Assembly (NCBI GenBank): GCA_018609055.1
Contig: JABAYJ010000006.1
Span: 394,805-458,804, forward strand
DNA from: Flavobacteriales bacterium
Lineage (GTDB): Bacteria > Bacteroidota > Bacteroidia > Flavobacteriales_D > CAJJDF01
DNA length: 64,000 bases
Direction of reading: 5' to 3'
The position numbers and the translations under genes are program-made. The notes beneath the pieces were generated by a model. That model had not been told where the DNA came from, searched no databases, and saw only the letters and a list, made by a program, of their open reading frames with translations. How positions within the stretch are numbered: the stretch's first letter is position 1; every line of letters begins with the position of its first letter. Below, in pieces: positions 20,432 through 29,728 of this stretch.

Positions 20432-21460
20432 CTAAAACAATCCCCCCTGAGCAAATCCTTTATCGATACCAAGGTGTTTGTAGGCTTTTTCGGTAGCTTG
20501 TCTTCCTCTTGAAGTACGCATTAGGTAACCTTCTTTTATCAAAAATGGCTCATATACTTCTTCAATGGTACCATCTTGCTCGCTAACTGCGGTTGCAATG
20601 GTTTTCAGTCCAACTGGGCCTCCTTTAAATTTTTCTACAATAGCGGATAGGATTTTATTGTCCATTTCGTCCAATCCATTGGCATCTACATTCAATGCTT
20701 CTAGTCCAATTTTGGTAATGGCTTTGTCAATATTTCCATCTCCTTTTACTTGAGCAAAATCTCTTACTCTTCGTAATAATGCATTGGCAATTCTAGGTGT
20801 ACCCCTACTCCTACTTGCAATTTCGTAGGCTGCATCATATTCAATAGGTACGTTTAATATTCCTGCCGATCGTTCTACGATATCTGTCAAAATTTTAGAA
20901 TCGTAATACTCCAATCGGGAATTTATTCCAAATCTGGCTCTTAGTGGAGCAGTTAATAATCCCGAACGGGTAGTTGCCCCAATAAGTGTAAACTGGCTTA
21001 ATTCTATTTGAACCGAACGGGCATTTGGTCCCGTATCAATCATGATATCAATTCGGTAATCTTCCATTGCCGAGTACAAGTATTCTTCAATAATTGGGCT
21101 CAATCTGTGGATTTCATCAATAAACAAAACATCCCCTTCTTCTAGGTTGGTAAGTAATCCTGCAAGGTCTCCTGGTTTATCCAACACAGGTCCCGAAGTG
21201 ATTTTAAAACCAACTCCCAGTTCATTTGCAATAATATTGGATAGCGTAGTTTTCCCCAATCCCGGAGGACCGTGAAGCAATACGTGATCCAAAGCTTCAT
21301 TCCTTTGTTTGGCAGCTTGCACAAATATCTGGAGGTTGTCGGTTACTTTTTTCTGTCCCGTAAAATCATCAAAAGATTTTGGACGCAACACTTTTTCAAA
21401 CTCCGTTTCTGCGGGTAAAAATTCTGCTTCTTCTCTAAAATCAAACGATTCTTCTTCCAT
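20432..21460 (-). CDS. ruvB: Holliday junction branch migration helicase RuvB
   Basis: Walker [10 protein letters not shown], then [11 protein letters not shown] and [17 protein letters not shown]. Confidence 0.95.
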   Translation of the reverse strand: MEEESFDFREEAEFLPAETEFEKVLRPKSFDDFTGQKKVTDNLQIFVQAAKQRNEALDHVLLHGPPGLGKTTLSNIIANELGVGFKITSGPVLDKPGDLAGLLTNLEEGDVLFIDEIHRLSPIIEEYLYSAMEDYRIDIMIDTGPNARSVQIELSQFTLIGATTRSGLLTAPLRARFGINSRLEYYDSKILTDIVERSAGILNVPIEYDAAYEIASRSRGTPRIANALLRRVRDFAQVKGDGNIDKAITKIGLEALNVDANGLDEMDNKILSAIVEKFKGGPVGLKTIATAVSEQDGTIEEVYEPFLIKEGYLMRTSRGRQATEKAYKHLGIDKGFAQGGLF

Positions 21461-21513
21461 TGGGTTTATTGCTTAGTCAAATATAAAAAAATAGTAGCTG
21501 GAAGTGCTTGGAT

Positions 21514-23313
21514 TTATTTATAAAATTCCCTCAGAGCTCTTACTTGCTTTTGATTAATCACTTCAAGTAATTGCTCATCACTGGCATTCTTTACTTTCAG
21601 TAAGGAATTAAACTGTTTCAATAAAGCATCTGCCGACTTCTCACCTATTCCTTCAATTTCGGTAAGTTCAGTACCAAGCGCATTTTTACTTCGCTTGTTT
21701 CGGTGGTGAGTAATTCCAAATCTGTGAGCTTCATTTCTCAGGTGTTGAATCGTTTTCAGTGATTCAGATTTTTTATCAATGTAAAGTGGCAAGGAATCTC
21801 CTGGAAAATAAATTTCTTCCAATCTTTTGGCAATTCCTACAATGGCAATTTTCCCAAACAATCCTAAATCCCTTAGTGCCTTAACTCCCGAACTCAGCTG
21901 TCCTTTTCCTCCATCTACAATTATCAATTGAGGCAGAGGTTGATTTTCATCTTGTAGGCGTTTATACCTCCTGTAAACCACTTCCTCCATAGAGGCAAAA
22001 TCATCTGGACCAACCACAGTTTTAATATTAAAATGTCGGTAATCTTTTTTGCTTGGCTTGGCGTTTTTAAAAACCACACAAGCAGCAACAGCATTTGTCC
22101 CCTGAAAGTTGGAGTTATCAAAACACTCAATATGAACTGGCTTTTCTTTCAATCGCAAATCCTTTTGAATCTGATCCACAATACGTTTCGAGTGTTTCTC
22201 GGGATCTACAATACTCATTGTTTTCAGTTTATCAAACTTAAACTGACGTACATTATTCAAAGAGAAGTCAATCAGCTTTTTCTTATCGCCAATTTGCGGA
22301 ATAATCATTTTTACCGATTCATCCAATTCGTATTCCACAGGAATATTAGTAAATATAGTTTTGGATTTACTACTAAATTTAGTTCTTAATTCCAGTATTG
22401 CCAACTGTAGCATTTCTTCGTTTGATTCGTCTAGTTTCTTTTTAATTTCGATTGTACTCGACTGAACCACAGTTCCATTAATTACTTTAATGAAGTTTAC
22501 ATAACCCGCATTAATATCCGAATCAATAGTAAATACATCCACATCATTAATACTAGGATTTACTACCGTAGATTTAGATTGGTAGTCTTTAAGCAATTCC
22601 ATTTTAACCTTGGTTTCTTGGGCTTTTTCGAACTCAAGATCTTCGGAGAACTCAATCATTTGAGTTTTTAAATAATCAATTACATCCTTGGTTTCACCTT
22701 TTAGGATTTTTTTAATCTGGGTAATATCATTATCATAACTAGCTTCAGACTGAAGGTTTTCGCAAGGCCCTAAGCAATTTTTTAAATGATACTCCAGGCA
22801 TACTTTAAACTTACCTTCACCTACATTTTGTTTAGATAGGTTAAACTTACAATTCCTAATTGGGTAAATTTCTTTCAGCAAATTAAGAATAATACGAACC
22901 AACTTAACATTGGTAAAAGGTCCAAAATATTCCGATTTATCTTTGGTAACATATCTGGTAGAAAAAACTCTGGGAAACCGTTCGTTCTTCACACAAATAT
23001 AAGGGTAGGTTTTATCATCCTTAAGTAAAATATTATACCTAGGCTGATGCTTTTTTATGAGAGTATTTTCCAATAAAAGTGCATCATATTCCGTTGGAGT
23101 AATAATGTATTGGATGTCTACAATTTTACTTACAAGAACTTTAGTTTTTGCGTATTGATGTTTTTTTGTATTGAAATAGGAACGAACTCTGTTTTTTAAG
23201 TTTTTGGCTTTACCCACATAGATTATAACTCCCTTACTATCATAGTAACGGTAAACTCCCGGAGAGTCCGGTAAAATCTTAAGGATGTTGGCTATATTTT
23301 CTTTGAGTTCCAA
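21514..23313 (-). CDS. uvrC: Excinuclease ABC subunit C
   Basis: 599 aa. GIY-YIG N-terminus (GVYRYYDSKGVIIYVGKAKNLKNRV), UVR domain and C-terminal HhH. Confidence 0.95.
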   Translation of the reverse strand: MELKENIANILKILPDSPGVYRYYDSKGVIIYVGKAKNLKNRVRSYFNTKKHQYAKTKVLVSKIVDIQYIITPTEYDALLLENTLIKKHQPRYNILLKDDKTYPYICVKNERFPRVFSTRYVTKDKSEYFGPFTNVKLVRIILNLLKEIYPIRNCKFNLSKQNVGEGKFKVCLEYHLKNCLGPCENLQSEASYDNDITQIKKILKGETKDVIDYLKTQMIEFSEDLEFEKAQETKVKMELLKDYQSKSTVVNPSINDVDVFTIDSDINAGYVNFIKVINGTVVQSSTIEIKKKLDESNEEMLQLAILELRTKFSSKSKTIFTNIPVEYELDESVKMIIPQIGDKKKLIDFSLNNVRQFKFDKLKTMSIVDPEKHSKRIVDQIQKDLRLKEKPVHIECFDNSNFQGTNAVAACVVFKNAKPSKKDYRHFNIKTVVGPDDFASMEEVVYRRYKRLQDENQPLPQLIIVDGGKGQLSSGVKALRDLGLFGKIAIVGIAKRLEEIYFPGDSLPLYIDKKSESLKTIQHLRNEAHRFGITHHRNKRSKNALGTELTEIEGIGEKSADALLKQFNSLLKVKNASDEQLLEVINQKQVRALREFYK

Positions 23314-23373
23314 GTATGTTATTTAGTATCAATCTAAAGTAATAATAATCTATAAATAAGATAGAAATAGTAG

Positions 23374-23390
23374 CAAAATTAGTATTTTTG
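23374..23390. promoter_or_regulatory. Back-to-back divergent -7 boxes for uvrC (-) and the usp gene (+)
   Basis: CAAAATTA (reverse complement TAATTTTG, 23374-23381) and TATTTTTG (23383-23390) are separated by 1 nt. They lie 60 and 50 nt from the respective ATGs. Confidence 0.4.
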
Positions 23391-23440
23391 ATAATAAGAA
23401 AATTTCTTTTTAAATTTAGAGTACAAAATAAAACCAACCC

Positions 23441-24262
23441 ATGAATATTACCAAAATAATGGTGGCCTCTGATTTCACCACAGTTTCTGACAATGCAATT
23501 GACCATGCTATTAAATTAGCTTCTGCAACCAATGCAGAGGTTTATGTTCTTCACATTGCAAGAGAACTTGCAGAGGTAAATACTGCAAAGTTGAAATTAG
23601 TACAACAAATTGAAAAAAGAAATCCTGGAAGTATTACAACTCATGTTGTGGTTAAAATTGGAAATTTTATTTCTGAAATTGGAAAAGCAGCTGAAGAAGT
23701 AGGAGCTCAATTAATTATTATGGGAACTCACGGTCCTAAAGGAATTATACAAACCGTAACTGGTGGTGATGCTATGAAAGTTGTTTCTCATTCGGAAAAA
23801 CCATTCATTGTAGTACAAGAAAAAGGAATAAAAAAAACTGGATATGATCACATTGTAGTGCCAATGGACATGACAGAAGATTCGAAACAAAAACTGGATC
23901 AAGTTGCTGATGTTGCAAAATATTTCAACTCTAAAGTTTATATCATTGCTAAACACGAAACAGACAAAGGTCTTTACGTGAAGTTGAAAAACAATGTGAT
24001 TTTTGCTAAAAAATACTTTTCAGAAAAAAATATTGAAATGGCAATTACTATCACTGAGCCAAAAACTGATTTTGAAAAGGAGATTATTAAATATGCTAAG
24101 GAGAATGATGCTGATTTAATAGCCATTATCAATTCACTTAACTGGAATATATTTAAAAGTTTATTTGCCTCAAGAAGGGAAGAACAAATAATCACAAACG
24201 AAGAACAAATTCCTGTTTTGGTTGTAAACCCTGTTGATGTGAAATCGGGTTACACTATGTAA
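23441..24262 (+). CDS. Universal stress protein (tandem Usp domains)
   Basis: 273 aa with two Usp-like halves (…AEVYVLHI… GAQLIIMGTHG… / …ADLIAIIN…). Confidence 0.75.
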   Translation: MNITKIMVASDFTTVSDNAIDHAIKLASATNAEVYVLHIARELAEVNTAKLKLVQQIEKRNPGSITTHVVVKIGNFISEIGKAAEEVGAQLIIMGTHGPKGIIQTVTGGDAMKVVSHSEKPFIVVQEKGIKKTGYDHIVVPMDMTEDSKQKLDQVADVAKYFNSKVYIIAKHETDKGLYVKLKNNVIFAKKYFSEKNIEMAITITEPKTDFEKEIIKYAKENDADLIAIINSLNWNIFKSLFASRREEQIITNEEQIPVLVVNPVDVKSGYTM

Positions 24263-24284
24263 CACATAATAAATTGAAAAAAGT

Positions 24285-24318
24285 AAAGCCATTGAATTAA
24301 ATTTCAATGGCTTTTTTT
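24285..24318 (+). terminator. Rho-independent terminator
   Basis: AAAGCCATTGAA pairs with TTCAATGGCTTT, followed by a T-run. Confidence 0.8.
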
Positions 24319-24440
24319 GTGCTAATCTGTTAGTAAAGTTTACTATATTCTTTGGTTCAAAGTGGTTCTTTTACTACTTTCGGTAATTAATTTTTGGAAA
24401 GAAACTCTTTACCAAAAAACAACAATTTGGAAAACACTCT

Positions 24441-25673
24441 ATGAAAGATTTATTAGACAAATTTGAAAACAAACAACCAGAAATTGTTTTTGAATGGAAA
24501 GATTCAGAAACTGAAGCTGAAGGATGGGTAGTAATAAACTCCCTAAGAGGAGGAGCTGCTGGAGGTGGAACAAGAATGAGAGTTGGACTTGACAAACACG
24601 AGGTAACATCTTTAGCAAAAACTATGGAGGTTAAATTTTCTGTTTCGGGACCAGCAATTGGTGGAGCAAAATCAGGAATAAACTTTGATCCTAGTGACCC
24701 AAGAAAAGAAGGAGTACTAAAAAGATGGTACCATGCTGTGGCACCATTATTAAAGAATTACTACGGTACAGGTGGAGATTTAAATGTGGATGAAATTCAC
24801 GAAGTAATCCCAATGACAGAGGATTGCGGAGTATGGCACCCACAAGAAGGAGTTTTTAATGGACACTTTCAGCCAACTGAACCACAAAAAATTCATAGAA
24901 TTGGTCAATTAAGAAGAGGAGTTCTTCAGGTAATTGAAGACAATAACTACACACCTAAAGCTGAAAACAAGTATGTGGTTGCAGATATGATTACTGGTTG
25001 GGGAGTTGCCGAGTCGGTAAAACACTATTACGATATTTACGGAGGAGATTTAGCTGGAAAAAGAGTTGTAGTTCAAGGATGGGGAAATGTAGGTTCTTCT
25101 GGAGCTTATTATTTAGCCCAAAGTGGAGCTATAATTGTAGGAATTATAGACCGTGTTGGTGGACTAATAAACCAAGAAGGTTTTTCTTTAGAAGAAATAA
25201 GAGAACTATTTGTGACTAAAAACGGAAATGCATTAGCATCTCCAAATATGCTTTCTTTTGAAGAAGTAAATTCTAAAATTTGGGATTTAGAAGCAGAGGT
25301 ATTTATTCCTTGTGCTGCATCAAGATTGATTCAAAAAGACCAAGTGGATAGTATGATTAACTCAGGAATTGAAGTGATTGCTTGTGGAGCAAATGTACCA
25401 TTTGCAGATCAAGAAATTTTCTTTGGACCTATTGCTGAATATTCTGATAGCAAGATTAGTATTATTCCAGATTTTATTGCAAACTGTGGAATGGCAAGAG
25501 TATTTGCTTATTTAATGAGCAATGATTTACCGCCAGTCATGAGTGATGCTTCTATTTTTGAGGACACATCTAACATCATAAAAGAAGCAATGATAAACAC
25601 TCATAAAGTTTCTGATTCAAAAACAAACATTGCAAAAACTGCTTTTGAAATCGCATTAAAACAACTTATATAA
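24441..25673 (+). CDS. Glu/Leu/Phe/Val-family amino-acid dehydrogenase (glutamate dehydrogenase-like)
   Basis: 410 aa with GGAAGGGTRM, GGAKSGI and the Rossmann motif VVVQGWGNVGS. Confidence 0.8.
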   Translation: MKDLLDKFENKQPEIVFEWKDSETEAEGWVVINSLRGGAAGGGTRMRVGLDKHEVTSLAKTMEVKFSVSGPAIGGAKSGINFDPSDPRKEGVLKRWYHAVAPLLKNYYGTGGDLNVDEIHEVIPMTEDCGVWHPQEGVFNGHFQPTEPQKIHRIGQLRRGVLQVIEDNNYTPKAENKYVVADMITGWGVAESVKHYYDIYGGDLAGKRVVVQGWGNVGSSGAYYLAQSGAIIVGIIDRVGGLINQEGFSLEEIRELFVTKNGNALASPNMLSFEEVNSKIWDLEAEVFIPCAASRLIQKDQVDSMINSGIEVIACGANVPFADQEIFFGPIAEYSDSKISIIPDFIANCGMARVFAYLMSNDLPPVMSDASIFEDTSNIIKEAMINTHKVSDSKTNIAKTAFEIALKQLI

Positions 25674-25684
25674 AACTAAAATAA

Positions 25685-27013
25685 ATGGGAGTAATAGAAT
25701 TAACAGTAGTAATAATATTTATTCTTGGGTACCTAGCCATTACTCTTGAGCACAATTTAAAAATCGACAAATTGGTACCTGCCCTATTGATGATGGGAGC
25801 AGCTTGGGCAGTAGTTGCAGTTTCGCACTTGCCAGTTTTCGAAATAATAAGCGAAATAAATGAAACTACAGGGAAATTAGAAGGGAAGCTAGAATCAAAC
25901 GAGCTCGAAAGTATATTAATTCATCACTTTGGAAAGACTTGTGAAATTTTAATTTTCCTAATTGGAGCCATGACTATTGTAGAAATCATTGATTATTTTG
26001 ATGGGTTTTCTACAATAAAAAAGTTCATCAAAACCAATAAGAAAAGAAAACTCTTATGGATTGTAGCTATATTGGCCTTTATACTTTCAGCTATAATTGA
26101 TAACCTTACTGCTACTATTGTATTGATTACTATTTTAAGAAAATTAGTAACCAGCAAAGAAGACAGATTGTGGTTTACAGGTATGATAATTATTACAGCC
26201 AATGCTGGTGGAGCATGGTCTCCAATTGGAGATGTTACCACTACAATGCTTTGGATGGGGGAAAAAGTAACTACGCTCCATTTAATTGAATACTTAATAT
26301 TGCCTTCATTAGCTTGTATGGTAGTTCCTACTTTTATTGCAAGTTATTTACCTGCTTTTAAAGGGGAGTTTGAAGCTCCAATTTCTGACGAAAAAACTAA
26401 CCCTTATGGAGCAAGAATGCTTTACATTGGGTTGTTGCTAATTGTAGCAGTACCAGTTTTCAAAACTCTTACACACCTACCTCCCTACATGGGAATGATG
26501 TTGTCATTAGGAATATTCACAATATTTGCAGAATACTTTAGTAATAGAACATTTAGTCTTGCCGATAATGAATCGCATCATAGCCCTGTCCACAGAGCTT
26601 TAGGAAGAATTGAAATGCCTAGTTTATTATTCTTTTTAGGAATATTAATGACAGTAGCTGCCTTAGAATCTTTAGGTATGATATTTAAGTTTGGAGAATA
26701 TGTAGTTGCTGGAATTGGAACAAATCCATTTATATTAATTCTTGGTGGAGCTTCTGCAATTGTAGATAACGTGCCTTTAGTAGCAGCAAGTATGGGAATG
26801 TTCCCAAATATGGGAATTGATGCTCCAGAATGGCACTTGATTGCTTATGCAGCCGGAACAGGAGGTAGTATGTTAATAATTGGCTCAGCTGCAGGAGTTG
26901 TAGCAATGGGGATGGAAAAAATCTCATTCTTTTGGTATCTTAAAAAAATTGCTTGGTTAGCATTAGTTGGATACATAGCCGGAATAGGTGTTTTCTATTT
27001 GATGCATTTATAA
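25685..27013 (+). CDS. nhaD: NhaD-type Na+/H+ antiporter (ArsB/NhaD permease superfamily)
   Basis: 442-aa polytopic protein with SAIIDNLTATIV, ITANAGGAWSPIGDVTTTMLW and SAIVDNVPLVAA. Confidence 0.7.
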   Translation: MGVIELTVVIIFILGYLAITLEHNLKIDKLVPALLMMGAAWAVVAVSHLPVFEIISEINETTGKLEGKLESNELESILIHHFGKTCEILIFLIGAMTIVEIIDYFDGFSTIKKFIKTNKKRKLLWIVAILAFILSAIIDNLTATIVLITILRKLVTSKEDRLWFTGMIIITANAGGAWSPIGDVTTTMLWMGEKVTTLHLIEYLILPSLACMVVPTFIASYLPAFKGEFEAPISDEKTNPYGARMLYIGLLLIVAVPVFKTLTHLPPYMGMMLSLGIFTIFAEYFSNRTFSLADNESHHSPVHRALGRIEMPSLLFFLGILMTVAALESLGMIFKFGEYVVAGIGTNPFILILGGASAIVDNVPLVAASMGMFPNMGIDAPEWHLIAYAAGTGGSMLIIGSAAGVVAMGMEKISFFWYLKKIAWLALVGYIAGIGVFYLMHL

Positions 27014-27033
27014 GAATTTGATTCTAAATTTTA

Positions 27034-27070
27034 AAAGCCTTACTATAATTATAGTAAGGCTTTAGATTTT
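27034..27070. terminator. Bidirectional hairpin terminator
   Basis: AAAGCCTTACTATA pairs with TATAGTAAGGCTTT, with A/T runs on both sides. Confidence 0.7.
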
Positions 27071-27085
27071 TAGTTTGATTGGTTA

Positions 27086-27175
27086 TTATCTCTTAATCTG
27101 AATGTATCCAGTGTAAGGTTCGAAATTGTTATCTCCAATGTCTATAATGTAGAAGTAAGTTCCTTCTGGTAAGAT
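27086..27175 (-). pseudogene. Orphan 3' remnant of a T9SS type-B C-terminal-domain (CHU_C) gene
   Basis: Translates to ILPEGTYFYIIDIGDNNFEPYTGYIQIKR*, bounded upstream by an in-frame TAG. By manual alignment about 84% of nucleotides match 62595-62684, the 3' end of the adhesin gene. Confidence 0.75.
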
Positions 27176-27182
27176 CTACCAA

Positions 27183-27800
27183 TTAAGGTGCTGGTGGTGG
27201 CGGAGGAGGTGGTGGTGGAACTGCAACAAATAAAGATGCTAATTCATCTACGTTAACTGCCAATTCCCAACCTGCCATACCTTGTTCCCAAACATGAGTG
27301 TCTTTTTTTATCTGACCACCCTCAACCATTTGTTTTAATTGTTCCCAACCAAAAGGACCGCTTTGTTGCCCATTAACTGAAATATTATATTGAACTGATG
27401 GAGGAGGTGGTGGTGTTTGTTTTTCTTTGTCTGTAATCAATGCTGATAATTTATCGTTTTTAAAATACAAAAACAATTGATGTTCAATTGGATTGTAATA
27501 TATTTTTCCATTAGTTTCATTATTATTTCCAAATGAATATTCTTTATTATTAATATTTATTTGAACTATCTCTCTCTCTACCAGTTTATATCGATATTCA
27601 TAAATGGTATACCCATTTATTTCAGAAGAAAGAATATTATAAGGTTCAATTCCCAATGCTTCATTCACTTCTTGTAAAGTTGAATTTAGTTTTAGCTCAA
27701 TTATGTTCTCAATCGATGTGAATTTGGCAGCCCTATTGTATGAAACACAACTAGAAATAAGAGATACCGATAATAAACAAATAATAATTATATTTTTCAT
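27183..27800 (-). CDS. Lipoprotein with a C-terminal GYF_2 (DUF4339)-type domain flanked by polyproline
   Basis: Lipobox LISSC. The GYF_2-like segment is YNISVNGQQSGPFGWEQLKQMVEGGQIKKDTHVWEQGMAGWELAVNVDELASLF. PPPPP precedes it and P9-A-P follows. Confidence 0.7.
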   Translation of the reverse strand: MKNIIIICLLSVSLISSCVSYNRAAKFTSIENIIELKLNSTLQEVNEALGIEPYNILSSEINGYTIYEYRYKLVEREIVQININNKEYSFGNNNETNGKIYYNPIEHQLFLYFKNDKLSALITDKEKQTPPPPPSVQYNISVNGQQSGPFGWEQLKQMVEGGQIKKDTHVWEQGMAGWELAVNVDELASLFVAVPPPPPPPPPAP

Positions 27801-27885
27801 TTCATATAAATTTATATAAAACTAATTAAATCGAATATCATTTTTTGTTCATATGCTGTTCATTAATTCTAACTTTAAATGAGAA

Positions 27886-28038
27886 AGGTTCTGTCGCATT
27901 AATTATTTTTCAAACGTTTTTCAATAGAATTGCACTTCCTTCAAAAAGTTAAATTACTATTAAACAGAAATATAGGTTTTTCAATTTTTATCAAAAACGA
28001 AAAAAATCATGAGGTTTTAGTTTAATGCGACAGAACCT
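27886..28038. repeat. Perfect 17-bp inverted repeat bracketing a 119-bp AT-rich spacer
   Basis: AGGTTCTGTCGCATTAA (27886-27902) and TTAATGCGACAGAACCT (28022-28038), read directly from the sequence. Confidence 0.9.
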
Positions 28039-28140
28039 AAACAGCAGCTTATTACTGATACTAAAATATTCAAAGTTTTTGATGAAGAAGAATGAATGTG
28101 AAAAAATGGATTTTGTAACACCAATTTGAAACACTTGCAT

Positions 28141-28175
28141 AAAAAAAGCCTCCTTTAAAAAGGAAGCTTTTTTTG
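28141..28175 (-). terminator. Terminator of the tRNA-fMet transcript (bidirectional hairpin)
   Basis: On the minus strand AGCTTCCTT pairs with AAGGAGGCT, followed by T7 (A7 at 28141-28147 on plus). Confidence 0.7.
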
Positions 28176-28196
28176 TGAGCCTTTATAGACTCTTAG

Positions 28197-28269
<73 letters not shown>

Positions 28270-28279
28270 ATTTGAACTG

Positions 28280-28310
28280 CAAATATACAACTGTTAAATT
28301 AAATTGCAAG
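28280..28310 (-). promoter_or_regulatory. Candidate promoter of tRNA-fMet (TTG-N19-TATATTTG)
   Basis: The reverse complement of 28280-28287 is TATATTTG, 10 nt upstream of tRNA position 1. TTG lies at 28307-28309 (reverse complement). Confidence 0.5.
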
Positions 28311-28519
28311 ACAATCCTCAATTAAATTTAAATAGTAAAAATTTCTTATATTTTTTTCTATTTACACTTGTACAGACAAGTTTGAAGACACATAAATCCT
28401 TTACTTAAGAACAATAAAACTTAACATCTTGATGTTTACAATTAGGAAGTATATAAATAATGAATCATCTTATTAAGTGTACTTTTAACTTGTTAAATAA
28501 TCAACCAAATTAAACTAAA

Positions 28520-29212
28520 ATGATACAAACAGCAGATAATATAGGGGCAGCAGCTGATACTGCAGGTCAAGCACCAGTTGCAGACATGTCGATAATGGGT
28601 ATAATTGTAGAATCCAATTCTTGGTATATTTTAATTCCGTTGTTATTAATGTCTATTTATGCAATTTATATTTTTGTTGAAAGATTAATGGCTTTATCAA
28701 AAGCTGATAAGGGAGAAGATCAATTTATGTCTAGAATTAAAGATTATGTTTTGGAAGGGAAATTAGATTCTGCAAAAAATCTTTGTGAGACTACAGATAG
28801 CCCTGTTGCTAGAATGGTTGATAAAGGAGTATCGAGAATCGGGAAACCAATGCAAGACATAAAAGCATCTGTAGAAAATGTTGGAAAACTAGAGATATCA
28901 AGATTAGAAAACAATGTATCCGCATTAGCTACAATATCTGGAATTGCACCAATGATTGGATTCTTAGGGACTGTACTTGGGATGATTAAAGTATTTTATG
29001 ATTTAAAAAACACTGGAATTAAAGCAAATTTCTTGGAATCATTATCAGGAGGGATAATGATGGCAATGGTTACTACTGTAGCCGGATTAATTGTAGGAAT
29101 CTTGGCTTACTTCTTTTATAACTTCTTGGTTTCAAGAGTTTCGAGAGTAGTTCAAAATATGGAAGCTCACTCTATTGAGTTTATTGATATTTTGGAAGAG
29201 CCAGGTAAATAA
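28520..29212 (+). CDS. exbB: MotA/TolQ/ExbB proton-channel protein
   Basis: 230 aa, three TM helices, with ISGIAPMIGFLGTVLGMIKVF and MMAMVTTVAGLIVGILAYFFYN. Confidence 0.85.
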   Translation: MIQTADNIGAAADTAGQAPVADMSIMGIIVESNSWYILIPLLLMSIYAIYIFVERLMALSKADKGEDQFMSRIKDYVLEGKLDSAKNLCETTDSPVARMVDKGVSRIGKPMQDIKASVENVGKLEISRLENNVSALATISGIAPMIGFLGTVLGMIKVFYDLKNTGIKANFLESLSGGIMMAMVTTVAGLIVGILAYFFYNFLVSRVSRVVQNMEAHSIEFIDILEEPGK

Positions 29213-29277
29213 TATTTCGACAAACTCAATTTTGCTAAACTGTGAATTGAGATATCGATTACTAAAATTGAATTAAT

Positions 29278-29667
29278 ATGGGTTTAATTAGTCAAAACAA
29301 AGTGAAAATTGAAGGAGGAATGTCGTCTATGACGGATTTAGTATTCCTTTTGTTAATTTTCTTCATTATACTTTCTGCTTTAGCAAAAAATGCTGTAGAT
29401 GTAGATTTACCAGAAGGAGGCTCAGTAGCTCCTACCACACAATCTCTTGCTAGTATTGTTGTGAAACCAGATAACACTATACTGCTGAACAATAAAATAA
29501 TAGATATTTCTGAACTTGAAAGAGCAGTGCTAAAAGCAGTTGCTAACGACAAAGAAAAATTAGTAGAACTTAATGGTGATAAAGCTTCTGATTTTGGGAT
29601 TGCAGTCGAAATAATTGACATGGTAAAGAAGAACAAACTCAAAATAGCTATAATGACAAAGAAATAA
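29278..29667 (+). CDS. exbD: ExbD/TolR biopolymer transport protein
   Basis: 129 aa. MTDLVFLLLIFFII N-terminal TM helix followed by a periplasmic domain. Confidence 0.8.
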   Translation: MGLISQNKVKIEGGMSSMTDLVFLLLIFFIILSALAKNAVDVDLPEGGSVAPTTQSLASIVVKPDNTILLNNKIIDISELERAVLKAVANDKEKLVELNGDKASDFGIAVEIIDMVKKNKLKIAIMTKK

Positions 29668-29728
29668 GTTTATGATAAAGAAACTTTTGCACGAAAATTG
29701 CGTTATACTGCATTAAACACTTAGTATT

